Virus record (IMG/VR): IMGVR_UViG_3300044982_000128
Location: 1-64,000 of that record
DNA: 64,000 bases
Source: a virus
Reading direction: 5' to 3' (one strand)
Shown here: positions 19,733 to 29,447 of the stretch, in pieces
Position numbering within the stretch: position 1 is the stretch's first letter
Layout: every line of letters begins with the position of its first letter
Made by a program: the position numbers and the translations under genes
Notes under the pieces: generated by a model
The model's database searches: none
What the model was told of the DNA's origin: nothing
The model's input: only the letters and a program-made list of their open reading frames with translations

Positions 19733-20011
19733 ATGAAAGATTATCCGAATGCGTTCTGGGCTGGCATGTTCATCTTGTTCGCAGTCTTCCTCTCCATCAT
19801 CGCCCTCAAGATCCCCACGCAGGCGAATGCAACGATGGCCGTAATCGCCATTGCATCCAACATCGTCTCCGGGTCATTCGGCTTCATCAGCGGCCAACTG
19901 GCTTCGCGGAACGCTGTCCAGGTGCCCATCAACGACTCGACCCAACCTCCTACGACAACGACAGTCAGTGTGACGCCAAACCCTACCCCGGCGGCACCGA
20001 AAGAAGGATAG
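19733..20011 (+). CDS. two-TM holin-like protein
   Basis: Two hydrophobic helices, Pro/Thr tail, lysis cassette. Confidence 0.5.
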   Translation: MKDYPNAFWAGMFILFAVFLSIIALKIPTQANATMAVIAIASNIVSGSFGFISGQLASRNAVQVPINDSTQPPTTTTVSVTPNPTPAAPKEG

Positions 20012-20407
20012 ATGAAACGCTTCATTCTGACGATGTTCACGATCTCGTATCTCTGCTTTTGCGGGGCGGCGATAATCGACCTGACAGCCTGCACCCCGAC
20101 AACGACCACTCCAGCGCAGCTCGCACCGGGGTACAACAACCAAGTCGATCAGACGATGGGCGAAGTCCTGTCGGGAGCGCGAGCCTTTTACGTCTCAGTC
20201 CAGCAGCAAGCTCAATCGGGGACGCTGACCATGACGCCTCAAGTGAAGGCGGCTTTCAATACGTTTGCCGCGACCCTGAACGGGGCAGACGCAGCGTACC
20301 TGGTCTACCATCAGAACCCGACCGCGGCGAACCTGGCAGCGGCTCAGAACGCCGTGAACGCGGTACAGACGCAGCAGGCGGCATTGCCGCTACCGGGGGC
20401 CAAATGA
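20012..20407 (+). CDS. lipoprotein (possible spanin component)
   Basis: Signal sequence with lipobox LTAC; helical Ala/Gln-rich body. Confidence 0.5.
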   Translation: MKRFILTMFTISYLCFCGAAIIDLTACTPTTTTPAQLAPGYNNQVDQTMGEVLSGARAFYVSVQQQAQSGTLTMTPQVKAAFNTFAATLNGADAAYLVYHQNPTAANLAAAQNAVNAVQTQQAALPLPGAK

Positions 20408-20796
20408 GCACAGCACCCGCAACACCCGCACAGGCATCCTTCTGGACTACCCTCAAGTCATGGCTTCCCGCCCTTGAAATGGCAGGCAACGTCGCTCTTC
20501 TGGCATCAGGTCTAGGCGCACCGTTCGAGCCGCTCATTGCAGGCTTGGAGAACGCGGTCAATCCTCTGCTCCAATCCATCGGCACCCCGCAATCAACGCC
20601 AAACCTGCTGATGACGATCTACGCGACCATCATCGGTGTGCTGACGACCTTGAAGCAGACTCCGGGACTGCCGGCCGCTACCCTGACGCAGATCGACGCC
20701 TACATCACGGCTGCGGAAGCTGGCACGGCGGGTTACTTCCAGGCGCAGAGCGGTTTTAATCCAGCTAACTACCAACCGGTGACGCCAATCGCATAA
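20404..20796 (+). CDS. amphipathic helical hypothetical protein
   Basis: ATGA overlap with the lipoprotein gene; MSTAPATPAQASFW start. Confidence 0.55.
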   Translation: MSTAPATPAQASFWTTLKSWLPALEMAGNVALLASGLGAPFEPLIAGLENAVNPLLQSIGTPQSTPNLLMTIYATIIGVLTTLKQTPGLPAATLTQIDAYITAAEAGTAGYFQAQSGFNPANYQPVTPIA

Positions 20797-20911
20797 TATG
20801 GCTGAAGTCTATTCACGTCGCTATGGATGGCACTCGGATTATTATCCCTCCGAGGCTGAGACCGACGCAGCGATCAATGAACTAATGCTGAATTTTAAAA
20901 GGAGAAACAAC

Positions 20912-21151
20912 ATGGATCGAGTACGTGCAAAGTTCACAGTCAGCAACATCCTGAAGGATCAATACGGAAATGTTGTGGTCAAGCTCTATGCGGTCTACAA
21001 GGGCGATGAGTCAAGCCCAGAGAACGAAAGCTTTTCCAATTCGACGCCATCGGGTTCAGCTGAGTTGACCATCACCAACCCAGCAGCCAGCGAGTTTTTC
21101 GAGAAGTTGGCCGGTAAGTACGTTTACCTGGATTTCAGTGCGGCCCAATGA
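20912..21151 (+). CDS. conserved small phage protein
   Basis: AAGGAG RBS; VRAKF...ENESFSNSTPSGSAELTITNPAA pattern common in phages. Confidence 0.6.
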   Translation: MDRVRAKFTVSNILKDQYGNVVVKLYAVYKGDESSPENESFSNSTPSGSAELTITNPAASEFFEKLAGKYVYLDFSAAQ

Positions 21152-21480
21152 TTGACCCAATCCAACCCCTTACTCCCGCCGAAAGCGCCCAGCAGGAAGC
21201 CGAGGCCAACGCAGAATCTCCCCTGCACGAAGACCTGGTGGTCATCGATCAGGCGCTCGGCAAGATCATCGGTGGCGAGCCCGATATAACAATGTCCTCC
21301 GACCTTGCCATCATGGCTACACAGGACACGGGCATACGCAAGGAAATCGGCATCCTGGGGTCCGAGGCGCTGGACAAGATCGAGCCCAACCACGGAGCCA
21401 AAGCTACAGAAGCGGACCTGTTCCGAGCTGAAGCCGCGGTTGAGGTGCTGAAGAGTCAGATTGAGGCGGAGCAGAAGTGA
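21148..21480 (+). CDS. acidic hypothetical protein
   Basis: Overlapping start and stop with both neighbours. Confidence 0.55.
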   Translation: MIDPIQPLTPAESAQQEAEANAESPLHEDLVVIDQALGKIIGGEPDITMSSDLAIMATQDTGIRKEIGILGSEALDKIEPNHGAKATEADLFRAEAAVEVLKSQIEAEQK

Positions 21481-21905
21481 ACACCAGCGAGAACGGCATT
21501 GCCTTCATCAAAGGGAACGAAGGATTTGTCGCGGTTCCCAAGCCCGACAACGGCAAACTGGCGTGGGGATACGGCCATGACCAGCAGCCCGGAGAAACCC
21601 CTCCTGCCAGCCTCACAGAGCCTCAAGGCGATGCCCTGCTACGCCAAGACCTCACAACCCGCTTCGACCCTCATCTGGCCAGCCTACTGCCCGTAACGGC
21701 CACGCAGAACCAGATTGATGCGTGCTCGGACTTCATGTACAACGATGGCCCGGTGAATCTGGCGACGATGCTCTCTCATGGGTGGGACCAGGTACCTGTC
21801 CAGATCACTCGCTGGTGCTATGAACACATCAACGGGGTGGTTCAGCAGTCGCCTGGACTGCTCGCTCGCCGGCAGAAGGAACTTGCGCTGTTTCAGACTC
21901 CCTGA
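21477..21905 (+). CDS. endolysin, GH24 phage lysozyme
   Basis: GIAFIKGNEG (catalytic E), D, GYGH, QNQIDA, GLLARRQKE motifs. Confidence 0.9.
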   Translation: MNTSENGIAFIKGNEGFVAVPKPDNGKLAWGYGHDQQPGETPPASLTEPQGDALLRQDLTTRFDPHLASLLPVTATQNQIDACSDFMYNDGPVNLATMLSHGWDQVPVQITRWCYEHINGVVQQSPGLLARRQKELALFQTP

Positions 21906-22055
21906 CCATCCAGATCGTGAGGTTGTAGCCTCTCCATCCCTGCTGGATGTTCAAGACGCGCCAGCCATCGATCTCTAGTTGCTGGACTTTTTCCTGCCAG
22001 TTCTTCGCATAGCTAGTCCAACCCTCGGGAATCTCCTCAACTTTGAATTCGCGCT

Positions 22056-22748
22056 TCACTTCTCCTCCACAGGCCGCGTGTCGGGTGGGGCGCTCGGCGG
22101 TTCTGGAATGCGCTCGATGAATATTTGAAAGTCATCTCCTTCATGGAATAGCGTCTGCCCACATTCCTCATAGAATCTGAATCCGAGTTGGTTGATGATT
22201 GGCATGAGTGCTTCAAATTGGACAGCTAGTTTTTGCTCTTGCGACAAGCCATCCCAATTCAGCGCTATCGGCACTGTGCGGAGTCGTTCTTTCTCCCCCA
22301 CTATCCCTTCATGCAGAGCCGTCAGAGCCTTGATCTGCTCGGCGTGGTCGGCCAGCATGTCATTGATTGTGTCTTTCTGCGAATTGATCTCAGCCCGCAG
22401 GCACTTTTGCGTATCATCGATATCCTCAAGGGCCTCATCGTAGCCGAACAGGTTAGACCATTCTGGCGACCGTCCTGTGATGAGGAAATAGGCTTGGCTT
22501 AACGTCTCCTCTGCCCTGTCGCGCTCATCGATGGTCTGAAGGTGCTCCTTGCCCTCAATGGAAGCGTAACGGCTGAGTTCCCCTTGGAGCGCCTCGATGC
22601 GAGCCTCAGCACGGGCGATGCGTTCGATGAACTTGATGCAGCGGTCTTTGTAATGCTCCGCTGAATCACGGAGGGCGCAGGTTAGCATCTCGTCATACTC
22701 TTCGCGCAAATCTTCCGGCATGGTCTCCGGCTCACTTCTGGGTGTCAC
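22056..22748 (-). CDS. coiled-coil hypothetical protein
   Basis: GGAGG RBS before GTG 22748, in frame with the track ORF 22056..22928. Confidence 0.6.
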   Translation of the reverse strand: MTPRSEPETMPEDLREEYDEMLTCALRDSAEHYKDRCIKFIERIARAEARIEALQGELSRYASIEGKEHLQTIDERDRAEETLSQAYFLITGRSPEWSNLFGYDEALEDIDDTQKCLRAEINSQKDTINDMLADHAEQIKALTALHEGIVGEKERLRTVPIALNWDGLSQEQKLAVQFEALMPIINQLGFRFYEECGQTLFHEGDDFQIFIERIPEPPSAPPDTRPVEEK

Positions 22749-22968
22749 TAGATGCCTCCACAAAATTAGGGCACTTACAACCGTTTGTGACTGGCGCACC
22801 ACCAACTTCGCAGTCGTAGCCGAGGCAACGCGTCTTCCACGTCTCAGGCGGTCCATAGTTGCTTGGGTCCGAATCATCGACTCGGTGCCAATCTGATGGA
22901 TGCCCACATCTTGCGCACTTTCGTGCACGCAGTTTCGTGTTCAAGTCTTGCGGCTCACTTCTGGGTGT
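22728..22968 (+). repeat. 18-bp direct repeat CGGCTCACTTCTGGGTGT (22728-22745 and 22951-22968)
   Basis: Exact duplicate read from the sequence; brackets ORF 22732..22974. Confidence 0.85.
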
Positions 22969-22974
22969 GCTCAT
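22732..22974 (-). CDS. small Cys/His zinc-finger-like protein
   Basis: CARCGH....H ... CLGYDC ... CKC. Confidence 0.6.
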   Translation of the reverse strand: MSTPRSEPQDLNTKLRARKCARCGHPSDWHRVDDSDPSNYGPPETWKTRCLGYDCEVGGAPVTNGCKCPNFVEASSDTQK

Positions 22975-23347
22975 CCCTGACCTCCGCTGAAAGCTGCTCT
23001 GCTAGTCCGTTTGCAGCAGCATAGGCGTCGATCCATCCGTTCGCCGATTCGAGGATGAAGTAAATTTCCATATTGCCGGTCGTCATGCTGCATCGCAAAC
23101 GCCATGTTTCGGATTCATCTATGACTGTCAAAATAGGCTTCAAGTCCCCAAGAACTTCGGCTACGAAGTAGATTCGGAATGGTTGGAATCCATGTCCACA
23201 ACAAGACGAAATGGTTTCAATTCCAGGTAAGAGATTTAAGGCATCACAAATGGGGATACACTCAGGGTCCATCCTATTCTCGTACACTACAGCCCTCTTG
23301 CTTGTGGGGTTCATCTCTCGGTCTCCCTCCTTTTCCTTAACGTCCAT
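22955..23347 (-). CDS. hypothetical protein with SSCCGHG motif
   Basis: MDPECIPICDALN..PGIETISSCCGHG, a pattern recurrent in phage proteins. Confidence 0.55.
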   Translation of the reverse strand: MDVKEKEGDREMNPTSKRAVVYENRMDPECIPICDALNLLPGIETISSCCGHGFQPFRIYFVAEVLGDLKPILTVIDESETWRLRCSMTTGNMEIYFILESANGWIDAYAAANGLAEQLSAEVRDEHTQK

Positions 23348-23602
23348 TTTGGCGTCTCCTTCTCACTGCGATCCTTTCAGTGAATCTCGTCCGACCATCC
23401 ACGTAAGGTCATGTGGCGCTGCACTTTCATCATGCCGCCACAGTCAGGCTGTGGGCATTGTCCCGAATCGTCGCCGTCGCCGAGGCAGTCGCCAAAACCA
23501 CACTCAAAGCCACAAAGTGGGCACTTCATTGGGACTTCAGTGATTGAGCGCACAGGTTCCGTCATCTCTCTCCTTACACTCCCTACGTCAACCTCGGCGA
23601 TG

Positions 23603-24181
23603 TCACTGCTGAACAGTTACGGGGATCGTGACGGTCTTGCTTTCGCCCGGTTGAATAGTGCCTAGGTTGAATGTTTGGGCAGGCGAATCGTCCTGTTCCT
23701 GTTTGCAGGAGTACACTTTATCTCCAAACTTCACGAAGCCGTCCTGCGGGCTGCGCTGACATAGGAATTGATCACTGTCTACATCGAATCCTGCTTCCGG
23801 CACAAGCGTATTAATTTCATAGCAGGCAAAGAAGCGATTGATCTCAACAGGCACATCGCGGTAAGCACCGTGAGTGAAAGAAATTGCTCGCTCAGGTGAT
23901 CCAACGGGACATTCCTTACATGAGTATGGGTCATCTTTGCAGTCGAATGCGTGCTTATGCATCTCGTAGTAGTCATGACGCACGGTGGGATGAGCGCCAT
24001 TTTGGAATATCACTGGCTTGGGTTTTACAGCCGCTATGATCTTCTCAGGTACCGTTGTGGGTTGATCTTCTTGTGTGAGCGGTGCGGCTGGATCAGCAGG
24101 CTTACTCACATAGGAACATCCTGCCAACAGCAGGACTGGAACAAACAATGCTATTTTCATGAATTTCTTCTTCTCGTTCAT
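23603..24181 (-). CDS. lipoprotein
   Basis: MKIALFVPVLLLAGC lipobox. Confidence 0.6.
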   Translation of the reverse strand: MNEKKKFMKIALFVPVLLLAGCSYVSKPADPAAPLTQEDQPTTVPEKIIAAVKPKPVIFQNGAHPTVRHDYYEMHKHAFDCKDDPYSCKECPVGSPERAISFTHGAYRDVPVEINRFFACYEINTLVPEAGFDVDSDQFLCQRSPQDGFVKFGDKVYSCKQEQDDSPAQTFNLGTIQPGESKTVTIPVTVQQ

Positions 24182-24350
24182 CGCAACCTCGGACTCTCTT
24201 TGCAGTACGGCATCAGCCGCAGACACGGACTCGGCTTGGCCTGCGCCGTCAGAAGCTCTTTCTCTTCCTGCTGGCTCAGGGCGGTGATGTGCTGGACGTC
24301 CTGCGGGCGGAATGCCTGGCAGAAGCTACAGCGGGGGAAGGTCTTTGCGA

Positions 24351-24743
24351 TCACTTGTTCCATGGCTTGAAGTTCCTCAGCAAATCTATCGCTGGCCATT
24401 GCCCATCAAACAGCAGGCAGCGGTCATCGATTGAAACGAATGCGGGTGGTTTTTCTTTCGGAAACGACAAGTGCAGCGGCGTGTCCTCTGGCGGCTTGTT
24501 CCCCCGAGAGCGCCACAGTTTTCTCTGCTCGATAAACCACCAAGTCATTGCCTCAACACCGCCGTCTTGATGACTACGCGAGGAGAAAATCTGCACATCG
24601 AAGTGCTCCTTAGCCGCTTCAAGGAACTCGAATAGGCCGGGGACGTATTCATCAGGAATGACTGCGGCCCCCTTCCATCCGCTCGTGTACTGATGGCACA
24701 CACCGTCAAAATCTAGACATAGAATCGGCTTACTATCGGGCAT
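24351..24743 (-). CDS. HAD-superfamily phosphatase-like protein
   Basis: ILCLDFDGV motif I, IFSSR motif II, KP...SIDDR motifs III/IV. Confidence 0.8.
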   Translation of the reverse strand: MPDSKPILCLDFDGVCHQYTSGWKGAAVIPDEYVPGLFEFLEAAKEHFDVQIFSSRSHQDGGVEAMTWWFIEQRKLWRSRGNKPPEDTPLHLSFPKEKPPAFVSIDDRCLLFDGQWPAIDLLRNFKPWNK

Positions 24744-25184
24744 GTTGTTTTTCCTCTGCTTGCCCGGCCTGCAAATTGATCTGTCCATAGGGCCGGAGCA
24801 CGAGCTTCGTCGGGCTGATATCGACCACAGAAAAATCTGTGTCTTTGATGGTTACCTTCTCGCCGATGGCAAATACCTTCCAGCCTCGCGCGTATGCCCT
24901 CAGCAAGTCCTCATCGTTTGCGGCAGGTTCAAATCTGTTAGTTTCTGGGTTCATCATGTCGATTGTCCTCCGCAGCCACTCCGCTGCCGGTGATCTTCGC
25001 GTAAGCGAATCTGGCAATCTCTTCCGCGTGAGGCACGGACGCCTGCACAGAGAAAACGGCGTACATCTTCTCCATGTCGTTGATCTGCCACCATTGAACC
25101 CCACCTTCGACAGGATGGGCTAATACGAAACGATTTTCCATGTTGCTCCTTCACTCACTCGCCACCCAGATCGACAGGCGCGGT

Positions 25185-25424
25185 TTACTGTGGGAAGTTT
25201 TGTATGCGGGCCTCCAGCACCGTCACGTACTCCGTGAGCGCAAAGATTGCGGTGTTCATGATGGCGACCTGCCGAAACAGCCGTCCTTGCTCATCCTGCG
25301 GAAGTCCCTTGAATACTGATGCGCCAAAGAAGGCTTCCAGTTTTGTGGCTCTGTCTCGCGTTGTGCTCAGAAATGTTCCTACCTCTGCTTGCTCGTCAAT
25401 AACTCTCTGTTGATGTGGTTGCAT
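25185..25424 (-). CDS. crAss001_48-like conserved phage protein
   Basis: HQQRVIDE...LEAF...LPQDEQGRL.RQ..IM...Y..VLEARI pattern. Confidence 0.6.
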   Translation of the reverse strand: MQPHQQRVIDEQAEVGTFLSTTRDRATKLEAFFGASVFKGLPQDEQGRLFRQVAIMNTAIFALTEYVTVLEARIQNFPQ

Positions 25425-25815
25425 GATTCATCTCCGTTTGCGACAACTCCGTCGCCGGTTTCCCTGCATCCCGTAAAGGATCGCCAGCCCCGCTAAAACA
25501 CCAAACTGTCGTTCTTGGTGAAGCATTTGAGGCAGCAGGGTTGCTTGTAGTGCTGGACCCAATCGCCTCGGTCTGTTGGCGTAACATCGGTAGCCTCTAT
25601 CTCGCAAGTAGCCTTGTCGCCACTGCCACAAAGCTCGCAGTCTGGCAGCTTCTCGCTGTCATCTTCATCCTCCTATGAGTTCCTTCCCCATCTCAACTGC
25701 GATCCAGAATCAAGTAAAAGATTGCCAGCCCCGACCCTGCCACGATGAGCGCGGCTATCCACCAGAAACGATGGCGATATATCCAGATCACAGGTTCTCC
25801 TGGCTGCTTGTCGAC

Positions 25816-25950
25816 TTATTTTCCATAAGCTCTCGTTGTCCTCGTCAGAACTTTATTCACTAATTCGGTAAGAGTCATCTGGCGTAGCGCGGCCAACGCT
25901 TTCAACCGCGCCATCAAGTCGTCTGTAATTGGAATCTGCAACTGCGCCAT
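25816..25950 (-). CDS. 44-aa ribbon-helix-helix DNA-binding protein
   Basis: Not in ORF track; MAQLQIPITDDLMARLKALAALRQMTLTELVNKVL matches the RHH strand-helix-helix pattern. Confidence 0.75.
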   Translation of the reverse strand: MAQLQIPITDDLMARLKALAALRQMTLTELVNKVLTRTTRAYGK

Positions 25951-25956
25951 GGATTG

Positions 25957-25985
25957 AAAGTACTATTAGTTCTACTAATAGTCAA
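25957..25985 (-). promoter_or_regulatory. sigma70-type promoter with palindromic operator
   Basis: TTGACT-N17-TACTTT on the minus strand; perfect inverted repeat ACTATTAGT-tct-ACTAATAGT (25962-25982) covers the spacer. Confidence 0.7.
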
Positions 25986-25999
25986 TCGGCTACAAAGAT

Positions 26000-26203
26000 T
26001 TATTTGCAAGCTCTCGGCTTGACGAATTCCATCATGATTCTCCTGGCGTCTTCATATCCGGTCACGTCCGATTCACGGTACATCACCCGCCGGTTCAGCT
26101 TGACGTAGGGGCAACCCTTCCCCTGGCTGCGCAGATTGGCCAGATAGCTGCGGGATGTCGACCATCGCTTCGCGAGTTCATCGGCGGTGAGGAGTCGGTT
26201 CAT
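26000..26203 (-). CDS. excisionase/AlpA-like HTH DNA-binding protein
   Basis: LLTADELAKRW....YLANLRSQGKG.PYVKL.RRVMYRESDV. Confidence 0.8.
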   Translation of the reverse strand: MNRLLTADELAKRWSTSRSYLANLRSQGKGCPYVKLNRRVMYRESDVTGYEDARRIMMEFVKPRACK

Positions 26204-27294
26204 GAAAGAACCTCTGCGAGAATACGGTTGTTGGCTATGGCGATGTACTCGTTAGCGTAATCCAAATCTATGCCGATAAAGCTGAAACCTTCTCTCAAAG
26301 CCGCTACGCCTGTGCTTCCGCTGCCGCAAAACGGATCAAGGACCACTCCGCCGGGAGGAGTCACAAGTCGGCACAGATACTGCATCAAGGCCAAGGGCTT
26401 TACAGTCGGATGGGTGTTGCCGGGACCGCGCTCGGATTTGCTGGCTTTAGCGCAATAGAAAAATCGAGCTGCGGAGCCTTGATCCAGACGACGCGCGCCC
26501 GGCTTCATTTTGAAACCGACCAAACCTTCGTTGTCAGAATCTCGAGATGCTTCTTGCGAGCCTCGTTTCATTGCGCCGTAGCAGTTTTGTGTTTTGCGCT
26601 GTTCTGCATTGGTCGAAGCGTCGGCTATTTGGCCGGGAGCAGAAGGGAAAGCGGAAAGAACTTCATCGCTGCCGTCATGAATCAAATTGGCAGGCCAACG
26701 GCCATCCTGTGTTTGACCGTTGTACTCAATCCCGCCTTCTTCTGGACGCCAATTGCCGCCTGTTTTATTCAAAGTAGCTCCGGGTTTTAGCCTCGTCACG
26801 GTGTATGCGTAGCCTTTTGCATCGTTAGCATGGACACGGCACCCATCGATATTGATCGCTCCGGTTCCCCACTTCAGAACGTTCGATGCAACTGTTTCTT
26901 CCAGCGGCTTCCTCGCGACAACAATAGGTTCGTGCGCCGGTTTGAGAGCGGTTCCCCACCCTTCTCGATCCCCATCCAAGTTATGTGATTTCGGAAAACC
27001 GCTTCCGTATAGCCACATAATCTGATCGCGAATTTCAAACCCCGCGTCCTCAATTGCGCAACAAATTCGATGGTAAGTTCGCGATCCACCAAACGCGAGT
27101 AAATAGCCTCCGGGTTTGAGAACACGAAGGCATTCGCTCCATATTAGGACGGAGTGCGCGCTTCCGTTCTGGTCCCATGCTTTACCCATAAACCCGATTT
27201 CATACGGAGGATCGGTGACAATGGAATCAACAGAGTTCTCATCCCGTTCCTGCAGCCTCACCAGCGCATCGCCTTTTAAGATCATTCCGGCCAT
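26200..27294 (-). CDS. DNA methyltransferase (N6-A/N4-C, beta class)
   Basis: VTDPPY, HPTVKP, VLDPFCGSGSTG motifs. Confidence 0.9.
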   Translation of the reverse strand: MAGMILKGDALVRLQERDENSVDSIVTDPPYEIGFMGKAWDQNGSAHSVLIWSECLRVLKPGGYLLAFGGSRTYHRICCAIEDAGFEIRDQIMWLYGSGFPKSHNLDGDREGWGTALKPAHEPIVVARKPLEETVASNVLKWGTGAINIDGCRVHANDAKGYAYTVTRLKPGATLNKTGGNWRPEEGGIEYNGQTQDGRWPANLIHDGSDEVLSAFPSAPGQIADASTNAEQRKTQNCYGAMKRGSQEASRDSDNEGLVGFKMKPGARRLDQGSAARFFYCAKASKSERGPGNTHPTVKPLALMQYLCRLVTPPGGVVLDPFCGSGSTGVAALREGFSFIGIDLDYANEYIAIANNRILAEVLS

Positions 27295-29447
27295 GGCGTG
27301 GACCCCCCGATGTAAGTATCGAATTCCTGCCGCAAGTCCTCAAGCGGCGCTTTGAAATACGCATAGCTCGTGTCCCCGTCCGCCAGACGAGTGCCGAGTT
27401 TTTTCTTCTCGAAGCCGGGAGCCATTTGACGGAGAATCTTTCCGAAGTTCACATCATTGGGCAGGCGGCCCTTGATGTTGCGGTTTCCGACCCAGCGCCG
27501 TAAGGCATCTCTCAATCGATTGCTTGGGATCGTATCCGGCCATTCTCCTCCCCAGTCTCCCCCTGCAATCGTGCCGGCCGAGAGGGTGTCGTACCACCAT
27601 TGCTGGACAGGTTCCAAGGACGAAATCTTCTGCGAAACGAGTCCGGCCGTATTCGGAGCCTGATTGACATCCTGCGTAATCTTGTAATCCATGAGGTAGC
27701 GAAGCAGATGGGCTGCACCTCCCTGTTCGTCGAGGCCCACGCGCATCTCCGTGAAGTACTGCCTGTCCTGCCTGCGGCCTTCTCCCACCTCGAACACAGC
27801 CCAGCGGCGCTCGTCTTCGCTGGCGGGAACCAGCCATTCCTCGTTGCCGATCACGACTACGCGCGTCAGGTTCCGGACGGTATAGGATTCCTTACCCTTG
27901 GGCTCGATTACGTGCTTCGCGCCTGTGACCAGATCCTTGACCACGCCCTCGCACTCTTTGTCCCCGGACCAGAAAGCTTCGTCCAGAATGAACAGCAAAG
28001 AGTATTGAAGGTGAGCTGTGAAATTGCTCACGAGGTACCGGCGCCGGGCCGTGGTCATGGCGTGGCCGCCGAGCAGTTTGCTGACGCGCTCGACCAGCGC
28101 ATTCTTGCCTACGCCCTTCCCGCCGCGGAAGACAATCGCCACCAGGGGCTTCTCGTATGGCTTCTGAATCAGATGCGCGAACCAGCAGGTCAGCCAGTCC
28201 GCCAGGTTCTTGTCCTTGTTGCAGATGTTCTCGAACAGATGTTCTTTCCAGCGCTCGACCATCGGGTGATCGGGAGAGTCGGCGGGCTGGACAGAGAATC
28301 CGTGCCACATGTTGTACCATTTTTTGTCCACAGTGAGCCCCGGTTCGAACACTACCCCGTCATAGCTTCTGCGTCCTAACCATTCCATCCACAGTTGTGC
28401 CACGGCCTTGCTTTTGTCCCCGATCTGCAATTTGTTCGCAGCGTTCATGTCGAAGAAGGACTGCTTGTTCATCATGTGAAAGACATACGCTCCGTCGGGG
28501 CTCGTAGTCTCCCACAAAATGTTTCCGGTTCCTCCGGAGAAGACAAAAGCAAAACGCTCGTTGAACTTTCCAAATGGATGATCTTTCGGTGGTTCTGGAA
28601 CAGGTTCAGGGATCGGCGGGAAGATCGCCTCGGGAGCTGCAACACCGCTAATCTCTCTTCCATACTTGAACGCATTGCGGACCTTAGCTTCAAGTTCTTC
28701 TTGAGACCAAGGGGGCAGGCAGCGCTCGTTCCAGGAAGCGAGCAACGTGAGCGCTTGATCGGCGTCACAACCTAGGTCTTTCAAATGTAGAGCGACTTTG
28801 TAGGTCGCGTCATCACCCCCCTGACCTTCGATGGCAATCGGTGCGGTAGAGAGCCAACTTGCAGCTCTCTTAACAGCTCGATTAGGGTCAATATTAGGAA
28901 GAGCTTTAACTGAAATCTCATTACGACTACAGGCTTGACCGAGGCGCTGCACAAGCCACTCTGGAGCCTCCGCAATGTTCTTCGTGCTCGTTATTTCATA
29001 TTCTTTGCCATCGATTATCGAACTTGGCCCAAGTACGTAACCGCCCAACGATCTTGTGTCGAGCCCCGAACCGAGGGTGTCTACTCCTTGTCTTAATGCC
29101 TTAAGAACATGGTAGAAGACGTGCTTCCCACCACTTGGTGTTCGCGTTTCAAAAGTTGGTGGGAAAGTAAACCCATCCATCTCCAATTGGAGAAGACTGA
29201 GGTCGCCTCTTTTACCACGTTTAACATCCACATCCACGACAAGCAAAGCGCCGTCCGCGCCAAAGCGACTTGTACTTATGCCTACGTTTTTAGATTGACC
29301 GTTCCACCAGATCTTAATCTGCTCTGGGTCCGTGGTGGCTTTATTCGGAAAATCTTTAATAGCTGGCAATTTAGTTCCGACTCCGCATGGGAAAACGAAG
29401 AAGCCGCTGTTAGCCAAGCGCAACGCGAATTCGGCTTGTTTCGTCAT
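27282..29447 (-). CDS. bifunctional primase-polymerase fused to SF3-type (DUF5906-like) helicase
   Basis: Prim-Pol motifs VVDVD, TPSGGKHVFY, DTRSLGGYV; PriCT-like region; Walker A GGKGVGKN, Walker B ILDE. Confidence 0.9.
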   Translation of the reverse strand: MTKQAEFALRLANSGFFVFPCGVGTKLPAIKDFPNKATTDPEQIKIWWNGQSKNVGISTSRFGADGALLVVDVDVKRGKRGDLSLLQLEMDGFTFPPTFETRTPSGGKHVFYHVLKALRQGVDTLGSGLDTRSLGGYVLGPSSIIDGKEYEITSTKNIAEAPEWLVQRLGQACSRNEISVKALPNIDPNRAVKRAASWLSTAPIAIEGQGGDDATYKVALHLKDLGCDADQALTLLASWNERCLPPWSQEELEAKVRNAFKYGREISGVAAPEAIFPPIPEPVPEPPKDHPFGKFNERFAFVFSGGTGNILWETTSPDGAYVFHMMNKQSFFDMNAANKLQIGDKSKAVAQLWMEWLGRRSYDGVVFEPGLTVDKKWYNMWHGFSVQPADSPDHPMVERWKEHLFENICNKDKNLADWLTCWFAHLIQKPYEKPLVAIVFRGGKGVGKNALVERVSKLLGGHAMTTARRRYLVSNFTAHLQYSLLFILDEAFWSGDKECEGVVKDLVTGAKHVIEPKGKESYTVRNLTRVVVIGNEEWLVPASEDERRWAVFEVGEGRRQDRQYFTEMRVGLDEQGGAAHLLRYLMDYKITQDVNQAPNTAGLVSQKISSLEPVQQWWYDTLSAGTIAGGDWGGEWPDTIPSNRLRDALRRWVGNRNIKGRLPNDVNFGKILRQMAPGFEKKKLGTRLADGDTSYAYFKAPLEDLRQEFDTYIGGSTPWPE

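Noticed and set aside
26000-26203. Proof of a temperate lifestyle from the excisionase-like gene
   Set aside because: The HTH family is generic and no integrase or CI-type repressor is visible in the window
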